The notes: a model not told the origin generated them from the sequence alone. A DNA stretch of 53,836 nt from Chara braunii (GCA_003427395.1 BFEA01000004.1:5563706-5617541); one strand, 5' to 3'; shown: positions 41,188-52,515, counted from the first letter of the stretch. Translations and numbers: made by a program.

Positions 41188-41473
41188 NNNNNNNNNNNNN
41201 NNNNNNNNNNNNNNNNNNNNNNNNNNNNNNNNNNNNNNNNNNNNNNNNNNNNNNNNNNNNNNNNNNNNNNNNNNNNNNNNNNNNNNNNNNNNNNNNNNNN
41301 NNNNNNNNNNNNNNNNNNNNNNNNNNNNNNNNNNNNNNNNNNNNNNNNNNNNNNNNNNNNNNNNNNNNNNNNNNNNNNNNNNNNNNNNNNNNNNNNNNNN
41401 NNNNNNNNNNNNNNNNNNNNNNNNNNNNNNNNNNNNNNNNNNNNNNNNNNNNNNNNNNNNNNNNNNNNNNNNN
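41188..41473. other. Assembly gap (other gaps at 12840-12916 and 43444-43520)
   Basis: Runs of N. Confidence 0.99.
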
Positions 41474-42633
41474 CCGCACGTCTTTTTCTTTGTGACCGTT
41501 TTTTAATTTTTTCTTTCGTTTCTCTTAGATGAATTCGGTTACTTTCCCTTTTTTTTTTTTTTTTTTTTTTGCAAAATAGCCCCTGCACAAGCCTCCCATC
41601 CCAGCGGTGGTGAGAGAACCGCCGGGCTGGAGGCTGTCGGGGTGCTCCATTTATTGGTGGGGAGCATCACCTGCTGGAAAACGGGTCCAGCGTCCCATTC
41701 ATACATCTTTGTAACACAAAGTTCGCTGTTGTTTCCAGGGCCACGACCGAATCATGTCATAAAACCCCGGGCTCCCTTTTCCCCTCGGAGCTGCTAATGT
41801 TACCCAACCCTATGTGGAGCTAATTTGATGTCGACCTGTCCAAGTCTGCAGCCCCGCTAAAGTGAAGCCCTGACTTAACCCAAAACCCTGTGTCGTGCAG
41901 TTATCAGCAAAACCAATTTTGTAGATAAGCAGTATTTATTCGTATTTCAAACCCAAAACCCTGCGGTTGTCAAACCCCAAACCCTGTGGTTGTCATCCCT
42001 CAAACCCTGATAAAAACCCTAGTAGAACCCCTGACGTAAACCCAAAACCGTCTGTGGAGCCAGGGTTCGGGGGATTGTGGCCTGTACAGCCTGAAGGCCA
42101 TCGGTGTATGCTACTTTCCCAAGTTTCCCCTATGTGTCATCGCTTGAAACTTGGGGCCCGGCCATTCAGCAGCGACCGGGCCTTCCCTTGGCCGACCCCC
42201 CTAAGGCTTCGGCGCGTATACGGGAAGGCCCGCGACCGATAGCTGGGCCAGGTACTGGTGGTTTAAGGCTAATTCCGATTCAATTACCTGTCCAATCTGG
42301 ACAGGACAGCCTTTCAGGCCTTTTTTTATTGTCATTACACTATTACGGGGAACCCCGCAGCAGCCACATCCGTGCTCAAGCCTCCAACGAGGGAACATGC
42401 AGGAGCTGCACCCGCCAGCAGGTATGACACCTGCTACAGCAGGTGGGCGATACCGGCCAGGGGTCAGCCAGTAGCAACAGGACCGAGCTTCTTCGATGGG
42501 CCAGTCGCTTTGCCTCCCCTCCGGTCCCCTACCCCTACGAACATCAGCAGTCTCTGCTCAATGCCACTCGGGAGGACTGACGGCCTATCTCTAGGTGGCG
42601 GGTGCCAAGCTTGCCCGAAAAGTTTCATGAGGT

Positions 42634-42700
42634 TAGTGGGGATTGAACCCAAGACGTCCTGAATGCCACTTGGTTGCCTTACGACCTGAGCTAGGCCGCT
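42634..42700 (-). mobile_element. tRNA-like SINE head, second variant
   Basis: Reverse complement ggcctagctcaggtcgtaaggc...aggacgtcttgggttcaatcccca has A-box and B-box-like motifs at tRNA spacing. Confidence 0.5.
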
Positions 42701-44378
42701 GGATTCCATACGCTTTTCCGCACGCCCATGGAGTTCCGACCACCGTCGTCAACGCGAAGAGGCGGTGATACGACCTGCGGTCTACTCCTCGGTGGAATTG
42801 CTACCGCCAGTCAGGCTTGCCCAAGGGCAAGCAGCGGTAGGACCGAGCGCTAACGCGCCAGCCGGAGCGCCGTCCCAAAACCGGCCTCCCGGAGACGCCG
42901 ACGTGTCCATGGGGGTATCTTTCCATTCCATATTGTAGCGACAAAAACTCCTGCGGGGGTATCTGTCCATATTCTAGCGGTATAATACGTTCTCCACTTC
43001 ACACATTTGGGGCCTCGCTTGAGGTACAACATGCTAAATGTGTCTGGACGAGGTAACAGTCCAGAAATATGTTGTGTAGTTGTGTATGTAGTGGATTGAG
43101 GCCTTTCATGTGTAGGGCGGCAAGAGCCGAGTTGCAATTGCAAAGCGAAAGGAATGCCGCGAGGCGTGGGTCGTGCTGACGTGCTTTGCGGAATTCAAAT
43201 CCGCGGGGCCGGTCTCCGTGGCAAATTGGAAAAGTTCTTTTCATATAGAAAAAAAATAAAAAAGTTCTTTTCGAAGAAGTCGAGCTGGCAATACAAACAG
43301 ACGTTTTTGCACCCTTTTACCCTGATGCGGAGAGATCGGCGGGCGAAGCCGTGCGACAGCGGCGCGGCGTGGGCAAGTTCAACTGCCAACGGCGGGGACG
43401 GAAAAGGTGGAGGCGCGCGGGAGTTGGGGGGGGCGGGAGTGGGNNNNNNNNNNNNNNNNNNNNNNNNNNNNNNNNNNNNNNNNNNNNNNNNNNNNNNNNN
43501 NNNNNNNNNNNNNNNNNNNNGGGAGTGGGCGCGGGTGTCGGGCCCAAGCGGGTCGGCGGGGGAAGAGGGTATCGGTGGGCTTGCGCGGCAGTGGAAGGAC
43601 AGCTGAAGAAAGCGCCTGGATCGCCGCAGCTTGGCGGGAAAACTCAACATTCACGCACATCGGCAGTCAGCCGCGCAGGCTTCCCGCCAACTCTCCCCTG
43701 CTAGTTCAAATTAAACGACGGCTGAGTGGTCTCGCGGCCGTGCCGGCCACGTGGAGAGTTCGCTGAACGGCACATCAGGTCAGGCGATTGACGTGCGGGG
43801 GGAAACTCGGAAGTCGCTCCTCAGTCTCATGGCTCTAGGTGCTTCTTGTCGGATTTGGGGTAGTCTTCGTGGTCATCGTTTGATCTGCATTGTGAACACA
43901 TGCTACAGATATGGAGGATGGAGGAAGGGCACGATCATGCGCGCCCGCCGTGCTTGCCGATGATCCTACCCTCGGCTTGAAGGTGGCGGCTATGGCGGTC
44001 GTCGTAAGGCGCAACAGTTGCAAGTGTGCCAGCATTGTCTCCTCCCTCTCAAATGGTCTCTTCGAAATGTGGTGAAGTACCGATCCTCAAGCGTGCGGCA
44101 TTCGGGGAAAAAAAGAAGGCAAAAAAAGAATGACCTTGGTTGTGCCGACTGGGCCTGTTGACTGTGCGGAAACCGAGCCTGATTGCGAGCCTAATGCAGG
44201 TGTCGACGCCGTGTCGAAAACCCAAGGAGCTTGTCATTGATCCATGCGCACAGCGAGTGATGTCCTCCCAGCACCAGTTGATTGGTTCGCGAAGGAAGCC
44301 CTTGGCCTGTGTTGAAGACTCGTTCGGTCATCTAGCTTCGCGGTGTAAATTTGGTGACGTCAACGTCTTTAATCCGGA

Positions 44379-44491
44379 ATGGCTCTCGCGGGCATCATCG
44401 ACCAGATGACCATGGCAAGAGAGTACGCTCTACTGGGAAACTACGACACAGCATTGGTGTATTTCGATGGGGTCATATCCCAGATCAACAA
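44379..44491 (+). CDS. KTN1: First coding exon of katanin p60 ATPase subunit (N-terminal MIT-like domain)
   Basis: ATG at 44379. Manual translation MALAGIIDQMTMAREYALLGNYDTALVYFDGVISQIN(K) matches the katanin p60 N-terminal signature AREYAL.G.YD....(F/Y).G...QINK. Phase-2 donor AA|gtgagc at 44492. Too short for the ORF track; exon 2 not found in the window. Confidence 0.88.
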
Positions 44492-47400
44492 GTGAGCAAT
44501 TCATGGCCTTTGAACAGATTACCTGTCTGCCTGTCTGTCCTTCCAGCCCTTAATGGGGATTGCTTGCCTCCTGCAACGAATAGGTCTCCTCCTATCTTAC
44601 GACGCTCTTAACGTCGTCGTCTTCTTCTATCGATCGGGGCACCTGCAGGCGATCCTTGCGCGTGCGCGCGAGAGAGAGTGCTTGGTGGCGGTGGGGAAGA
44701 ACCTCGTCTTCGCGGTTCTTCTTCCCCAAGAGGCAATTCTGGCCTCACGGTCCTCTGTGCTGCGCGGCGCGTATGCAATGTATCAAGGTGCGCGGTCGCG
44801 GTTACTCCCCCGCATGGTGGAATGCACTCTCAATTTTGCGCCATCAAGTCCGCGAGCGCTTCCCGCTTCCCGCTTCTTTCGCTCTTTTCTTGGCCCTTTG
44901 TGTAATGGCGTGTTCTTCATCTTCTGGTCCCCTCCCCCCCCCCCGTTCTCTCTCTCCCTTGCTAGAATATTTTTGTCTTCTCTATGCGTTTCTCCCCTAC
45001 CGTCCCTCGTTTCCTTTTTTTCCTTGGTAACAAAATTTCCACCTCTCTTTCGGCCTACTTCCCGAGTTTCTTCAACACCAAAAGCAAAATGAAGAACCGC
45101 TCTTCCGTCGATTTCTTATTCTCATTTCTCTCCTTTTCCTCCTCTTCCGTCGATTTCTTCTTCTCATTTCTCCCTTTCTTCGTCTTCCTTCTTCTCGTTC
45201 TAACGTCACCAGCGCACTCATCTCCACGCCTGGGGTCCTCTTTCCTCACACTGCATCTCCTCCTTCCTTTCTTTCTCTCACGTTTTATCCCCTCTCAGAT
45301 TTGCGTTATATTTCTCCTCTCTTCTTTCGGGGGGAAGCTGTCAAGTTTTACTGCGTCTCCTTCGTTCAGAGCCCTTCGCGAACCCTTCTCCAATCGTTGG
45401 CGCGCTTCCGTTGTGTTGCCTCCGCCTCAGTTCTTTCCTCACACCACGTTCTTGTCCTCGTCCTCCTTTCTCCGATCTCTCCTCTGTGGGTCTCATCGAA
45501 CTTGCTTGTGTTCCATGCCGCTTCTCATTCCTGCGTTGAGCTTTTCCTTGTCTGTCCCCCCCCCTCCTTTCCCCCCCCTTTTCCCCCCGCCCCCCTTTCC
45601 GCTTCTGATCTCTACGCGGCGTCACTGAATCCGCTTGTTTTCCGTGCTGCGTGTCACTACTGCATTGAGTGTTTTTTTTTTTTTTTTTCCTGCTTTCTCT
45701 TCCTCTTTTCTTCTCACTCGTTGGTTTTGGAAGATTGGGCGATATGTCGATTTGCGCTGGGTGTCCTTGCGCAGGGGTCCTCCCGATCTCCTCTGTATCG
45801 CACAAAATTGTAGCGGACGCCCCTCTCTGTGCGCACCCTCTTCCGCGTCCATTGATTGCGCCCTTTGTACTGGTCGTGATTCTCTGCGCTAGTCATTCTT
45901 ACTCCAAGTTTCTTCCTCTCCTATGATCTCTGCGAGCCCTTGACAGTCAACTCCTGCTGCTCGCCTTCAGAAGCTCATCTCGTCGTCTGGCAGTTGCTTT
46001 CTCACGGTATGTAATTGTTTACCGACTGTGGTAGATTTCTCCGCTCTCTCTCTCTCTTTCTGTTTGTTTCGCTTCTCTTCTCGCTCTCTCCCCGTGTGTC
46101 ATATCTGGTCTCCTTCTTGCGTCTCTCCCGCCCCCTTTCCCCATGTCTCTTTCCTAGTGCAGTGGTTATTCACATGGAATCTGTCTAGAGGATGCTTGCG
46201 CGCTGTCACTCTCTCCGCAATCTCCCCCGCTCGCATTGGGCGCTCCAACGAAGCGCCCCGTTGTCCTCGACCGCTCTGCTTGGGTGTAATTGTCTCCCTT
46301 CTCTTCTCTCATCTTGCCGTTTCCCTTGTTTCAAGTAGTATTATTATTTTCTCTGTCGGCTATTATTCCGTGTTCCCTCGTATTGTTTTTCTCGTGAATC
46401 CTCAGACCACATTCTCTTCCGTCGCTTCCACCTTTCCTCCCTTTCTCTCTCTGTGTCTATCTCTGCCTCTCCTCTGCTGTTCTTGCCGCCTCCTTTTGGC
46501 CTCTTTTCTTTTCTCCCGACTCTTCCGGCCAATCTCTTCCGTCGCTTCCGCATTTCTCTTTCTCTCTCTCTCTGTGTCTCTCTCTCGCTCTTCTGTGCTG
46601 TTCTTGCCTCTTTTTGCCCTCTTTACCTTCCACGTCGTCTGTTTGCTTTCTTGTTTACGCACTTTTACCCTACCTTGTTCTCCTGCCTCAATTGTCTTCT
46701 ACCTCTTTTTGTCCTTTCTCCTGTCCACCCTCTTTCTCTCTTTCTTTAAAACAAAACAATCCGTTTGTTGTTCCACACTCCTTCCGGTCGTCCTCCTGAT
46801 GCTGTCTGCCTGCGTTAGAATTTGAGAAATCTGAATTTGATCTAAATAACCTTTGACAGCCGCATATTCTCTGTGCAGCATATTCTCTGTGCATGCGCTT
46901 TTTCTCTTTCTCTTTTTGACCGGACTCTCAGATCTTCGTTCTTCATTTCGAGGGGAGTATACTGTCTGTCCGGTTTTCCTATCTCCGCTTTAACCCTCTC
47001 CATCCTCTTTGCTTGGAATTGTTGTGGGTCTTCTTCAATCGAGTACAAGAGAAATGAGTTATCTGACTTTGCTCCTCAAGCAAACTATTACTGTAAGTGA
47101 GAAATGATTTGGCAGACTTAACTCGGTAGGGTATGTGCTGCTGGCCTGCAGATGACGGCGGATGATGAGAACTGTCTCCCTTGACTGCAAGACAGATCTC
47201 TAAGGTCATGGTCTAATAAGATTGATTAGTGCCTGGCCGGGATAGTAGAACCGTGGAGTGGGATATCGCTTAATCACGTATACCACCCCATTCTCCTATG
47301 GTCAGGTAGGCAGTCTCCTAGGATGTTCTTGCACGCGCGTCTTTTTGCATAAATTCGTCCATCCAAGAGTTGTGTTCGCTGTAATCCGGGTCTCTTTCTT

Positions 47401-48072
47401 TCTTTCTTTCTTTCTTTCTTTCGTTCTTTTGATTGTTTTTTCTTTTTTGTGAAGGGTGATGACCTTGAGATATCATCATCGGACTGGCCGGCCCCAGGCA
47501 AGGCGTTATTATCGGAATTAGGTCTGTTGGTCCAGAGTTCATGGGTGTACCATTCAGCCACGTGGGCTATGTTTATGCGGTTGTTTTTTTGAGTTTATTA
47601 TTATGCCCTTATTTGTGCTTTGAGGGAGGGGGAAATGACGCTTGGATGTTAATTTGCGTCCCTGTTTTGACTGGATTCAAGGACAATATGAAGGATATTT
47701 TCATTGATCAAAATTTAGTAAATAGTTATATTTATTATTATTATTATAGATACGCTTATTAATAACTCGTCGATTGGGGCGTTGTGTATCGAAATATAGG
47801 TTACCCTTTGACCAAACGATCCCAAAATGGACCGTGACAGTGGCTGGACTGAGCCGTGCCTACATGACCAGTCTTCAGTTCTTCGACTCAGTCGTGACTC
47901 TGTGCGCGGCGACAGAGCATAGAGCTCTGGCCCTCTGCCTTGTCAAGGTGCTTGAGAAGGCTAGTCAGAGAAGTGCTCTCTCCTACCTGTACGTCTCTTG
48001 TCTGTGCGCGTCTATGCTCGCGTGTCTGTGGGGCCTAGAAAGGGGTAAGCTTGCTCGTTCGCGCGCGCAGGT

Positions 48073-48179
<107 letters not shown>

Positions 48180-48819
48180 GGATGCAGAGATTTTGGCATT
48201 CAGTCAGAAATGGTCAGCGAAAATCAGAAATAGTTTTCAGCCATACTATATTTCAAAACACGGTTATAAGCAGCCTGGTTATGTTTGACCGGACTTGAAA
48301 AGATATGACGGCGCACTCTTTTAGACAGTTAACGAGCCAATCGAAAGTAATAACCAATGCTAGGAAAGCATCCATTAGTCGATCACAGGAATCGAACGCG
48401 CGATCTCTCTCTCATATGCAATGGGAGTTTGCTTTAGAGGACACGAAAAAAGGGGTTCACATCGTTTACTTTCGACTCCTGATTGAGGGGGTCCTCACAT
48501 CATCAGCTCTATCTTAAATGTGTCTGACCGCATTTACGGCCGAACGTGGATGCATCTGACCACAATTACGTCCAGAAACAAGTGAAAAAGTCCCACTGTG
48601 AGTATGTGCTAAGGCAGTTTGAGAACACCATGGTCGTGGCGGCTGGCCACTATGGAAAATGCCGTTCTGTATAGATTTTCTGTTGAAGGAAAGACGATTT
48701 GCTGTCGACAATGTAAGAAAACGGTAGGGGGTCTTCTGAGAAAGGCCTTGGCGGTATTAATTACAGTATGCATGACAGCGCTTGCCTGTTTTCTTGTGCC
48801 TTCTTTGGTGATGTCTGAT

Positions 48820-49005
48820 TATAGTCGGGATACATATGCCACCTATGTCCGATGAAACAGCACGTCACAACCTCGCTTTCTTTATGGGTATAGTCGGGAT
48901 ACAGATGCCAAATAGGTTCGATGATCGATGAACAAAATGTCACAGCCTCGCTTTCTTTATGGGTATTGTCGGGATACAGATGCCAATGAGGTCCGATGAA
49001 ACAGC
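48820..49005 (+). repeat. Tandem repeat, ~3 x 70-78 bp
   Basis: gtcgggataca.atgcca...cgatga...gtcaca.cctcgctttctttatgggta is repeated. Confidence 0.8.
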
Positions 49006-49137
49006 ATTCTCATAAATCAGGGTGCTATTTGGAGTCGCGGAGGTTCAGGTTTTCTCCCATCAATCAAGACTGAAGGCATATGCCTGGCTGGTCATCGGAA
49101 ACCTAGGGATATCGTTTCGCGGCAGTCCACGTTGAGC

Positions 49138-49138
49138 G

Positions 49139-49174
<36 letters not shown>

Positions 49175-49205
49175 CGATGATGAGGATGATGATGCGACCA
49201 TATAG

Positions 49206-49237
<32 letters not shown>

Positions 49238-49612
49238 GGTGCTGGGGGAGGTGGCGATGTCCGTGACGGTGATGGTAATGAGGATAATGATGATGGTGAT
49301 GATCGTTGTGATGGTTGGACAATGAGGTGCCCCAACGTCGGCTTTGCTCGTCATGTAAATTAGTGGGCTTGTGAGTCCAGCATTTGCTTGAGGACGAATG
49401 GCAGACTTGAGTACTGCAGAGCTAAGGAGATTGTAAGGGACAGCTGGGCGATTAATTGATCGATTGATCGATTGATCGATTGATTGATTGGCTCATCTGA
49501 CAGCCGGGCAATTAATTGATCGATTGATTGATTGGTTCATCTGACAGCTGGGCGGTTAATTGATCGATTGATTGATTGGCTTATCTGACAGCTGGGCGAT
49601 TAATTGATCGAT

Positions 49613-49644
<32 letters not shown>

Positions 49645-49770
49645 CGGTTCATCAGTCGATCGATCGATTGTTTTGTTGGTTGATCGATTGATTGATTTGT
49701 TGGTTGATTGGTTGACTGACTGATTGATTTATTGATTGTTTGATTGATGGACTTATTGATTGATTCGTTT
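49138..49770 (+). repeat. (GAT)n tract followed by a ~45-60 bp minisatellite built on (GATT/GATC)n
   Basis: (gat)n at 49138-49310; gacagc(t/c)gggc..ttaattgatcgatt... occurs four times at 49439-49630. Confidence 0.9.
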
Positions 49771-50266
49771 TACTGATTGGAGTACCTTACCCATTGCCCC
49801 TGGTTATTAGACGACCATTTTGGTTTTCAAAAATGTAATCATTGTTGAGGGGAAAACAGTTGGTGGTGTGCGGCGGGGAGATGAAGCTCCCGAATTCAGG
49901 GTTTCTGTGGGAAGTTCAGAAAGGGAAAACTGGAAAAGAGAAAAAACACGTCGAAGGAGAGGCAATCAGACTGTCTAAGTCTGCCGCCGCTTGATCGACC
50001 AATAGCCAATCAATCGCCGAGCAGCCAATCGAGGCATGAGCTGTTTATGGTTAGTTAATAAGTGAAAGACAAAGATCAAGCCGGTGCAAATAATAATCTC
50101 TGTTGATTAATCAATTGCCAACAACGCATATCACTCATTGAAATAAAATTATCGAAGTAATAATCTGTATATATAAATGTCTGTTTGACGATATATGAAA
50201 AACGAATTGATTTATTTTCTTGTTTTCCTTGTCTTTTTCGCTTTTGCGCTCTGATATCTCTATGAC

Positions 50267-51045
50267 GGTACACGGACACGTTCATCCAATATTGCTCTTC
50301 GTATGGTGGTCCGTGGACCGCGTGCAGGGGAGTGGACAACCGATACGGGACCTGACACTCTTTCTGTGTCGGACATTCTTCAACATCTTCGTTTTATTGT
50401 TACTAATACATATTTATATACAGCGGATGGCCTTGTGCGTCATCAAGACGTCGGTATCCCTATGGGGACAAATGCTGGTCCTGAGATTGCAATCTTACAC
50501 TTTATTGGGATGAGGCGCAGTACGTGGACAACCTGCAACGTGTGGATCCTTCCGCTGCTCGACAATATGCTTTCACTTATCGTTTCATTGATGATGTCCT
50601 CACTTTCGGTTGCCTCCCGCCATCGCCAGCCTGTTATGGTCTGGAATGGAAGGAGACAACGGATCCTGATGGTTCTTGCACTTTCTTAGGTGCGAAGCTG
50701 CAGACACGCACAGATGGATCCCTCCGATTGAGTGTGTATGATAAGACTGTTGCATGGGGTTTCCCTGTTATACGATACCCTAGTGCAACGTCAAACATTC
50801 CATCTCATCAGCCTGCAGGTGTGTTCACTGGCCAGCTTACGCGGTTTGAGCAGATTTGTGACAATTGGCTCGAGGATGGACTTGTTATATTCGTGCCCGC
50901 CGTTTGCTTTCCCGTGGCCATGTTCCATCAACACTGGCTCGAGGATGGACTTGGTATATTCGTGCTCGCCAGCGTCGGCAGCCTACACATGTGACGAGAC
51001 TTACACAATGGTTTCGTCGCATGCTTAGTTGGTCCATGCATCATC
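50267..51045 (+). pseudogene. Penelope-type reverse transcriptase, C-terminal part, frameshifted
   Basis: Reads LRFIVTNTYL...RHQDVGIPMGTNAGPEIA, then a 1-nt frameshift near 50490, then NLTLYWDEAQYVD...YRFIDDVL...TFLG...SVYDK...IRYPSATSNIP...GVFTGQLTRF..IC. The thumb continues in another frame as RRLLSRGH. G.PMG...P..ANL, R(Y/F)IDD, FL, VY.K and YP..S..P are characteristic of PLE RTs. Confidence 0.85.
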
Positions 51046-51306
51046 CTCTTCTACCCTCTCCTCCCCTTGCTACCCCTTCTCCCCCTCCCCCTCCCCCTTC
51101 CTCTGTTCCATCTGCTCGTCCTTCTCCTCCCTCTCCCCCTTCCCCTCCTCCTCCTCCTCCTCCTCCTTCCCCTCGCCCTCCCCCTCCCCCTCCCCCTCCC
51201 TCTCCCTCTCCCTTCCTCCCCCTCTCCCTCTTCTTCTTCACCTCCCTCTCCTCCTTCTTCTTTTTCTTCCTCTTCTTCTTCTTCCTCCTCTTCTTCCTCT
51301 TCTTCT

Positions 51307-51371
<65 letters not shown>

Positions 51372-51435
51372 TTCTTTGTCTTATCGACACCGTCGACTGA
51401 GATCAGCCCTTCCCTTATCTTCGTTGTCTATATGA

Positions 51436-52515
51436 GGACGGCGGCAGGCTCGTTCATTCTCCCCACCTTCTAGTCCCCCTTCCTCTCGGCGTCGTATTGA
51501 TCCTAAACTGCCTGGTTCGTTGTCTGACCGACAACCTGCTTTGGTACGTCGACGGCGTTCGTCAATTAAACGCCGACCGCGCCAAATCAGACCGGGCCTT
51601 CCAGTGGTGACCGATTCGGATTTGCGAGCAGATCTACCAAACATTTGTGGCCTGACAGCCACGAGTGTTTGTCTGCAAGCTTATCAGCGTCAAGGTTATA
51701 CTGTATCTCAATTTGTTACGATTGCTTATCAGCTTGACGCTGTTGAAAATGAGTTGTTGTATGACCATAATGGTCTAGCTCCTGAGGATAGTAATTATAC
51801 TACCTCAGGAGGCTTTACTATAAATGTCTTACAGTTAGCATTTCACGGTCGCCACCTTCTCATGCATTATGGGACGCCAGGCGAGGACCTTAATGCCCGT
51901 CCTCATATTTCTGCATGCATTTTGCACAAACCCGGGCACTATATGGCACTCGTTCGTGCAGCTGCTCAGTGGGAACTGTGGGATGGTGGGACGGTGATTC
52001 AGGTTATTGTCAACATAAATGAATTCTTGCGAGGTTTGTTGAATCATACACTGTTCTGGATTGTTGAGCGACTCTCGTGCGACATTTGTCGGGATAGAGA
52101 CGTGGTGCGTCTTGGTTGTGGAATGCATTATCTGTGTCAGCACCATTATCAATCCATTGCGACTGCCGCCGTATGTGCGGAAGGGTGTCTAACATTTCCT
52201 CATTGTGCACATCCCTATCACCCAGATGTACGTTGTCCTTTCTGTTCCCAAAGACGCTATCAGAACTGCATGATGCCGCACTGTGACGAACGTCCTGCTG
52301 TTTTTTTGACATGTGGGCAACATGTCCTATGTCGGGATTGTTTCGATGGGATGGTTCGTGCTAGCCGTCCGGCTGAATGCTGTACTAACGCAACTCTCCT
52401 TGGGTATCCCTGTGAACATCCCCGTCATCCTCACCGTAGTTGTCCTATCTGCCGAGGGGGTGACAGAAGAAGTGTAGAAGAAACAGATAAAGAAAGAAAC
52501 CGAGTAAAAAGATAA
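51436..52515 (+). CDS. Josephin-like cysteine protease / deubiquitinase domain plus two RING-like Zn fingers (PLE cargo, probably the C-terminus of the RT polyprotein)
   Basis: Open frame of ~360 codons with no proper ATG start. NICG, TIAYQLD..E, SN.TTSGGFTINVLQLAF and CILHKPGHYMALVRAAAQWELWD align by eye with ataxin-3 SLCAQH, SIAHQLD..E, GNMDDSGFFSIQVISNAL and ICNYKEHWFTVRKLGKQWFNLN. Followed by two CxxC..CGxHxLCxx(C/H)..CPxC units. Confidence 0.72.
   Translation, partial: GRRQARSFSPPSSPPSSRRRIDPKLPGSLSDRQPALVRRRRSSIKRRPRQIRPGLPVVTDSDLRADLPNICGLTATSVCLQAYQRQGYTVSQFVTIAYQLDAVENELLYDHNGLAPEDSNYTTSGGFTINVLQLAFHGRHLLMHYGTPGEDLNARPHISACILHKPGHYMALVRAAAQWELWDGGTVIQVIVNINEFLRGLLNHTLFWIVERLSCDICRDRDVVRLGCGMHYLCQHHYQSIATAAVCAEGCLTFPHCAHPYHPDVRCPFCSQRRYQNCMMPHCDERPAVFLTCGQHVLCRDCFDGMVRASRPAECCTNATLLGYPCEHPRHPHRSCPICRGGDRRSVEETDKERNRVKR

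Noticed and set aside
40722-41588. 288-aa ORF and other ORFs spanning N-runs or (GA)n/(GT)n tracts
   Set aside because: Open only because of gaps and microsatellites.
44553-46825. Long ORFs (170-265 aa) as membrane proteins
   Set aside because: Artefacts of stop-poor CT-rich low-complexity intron sequence.
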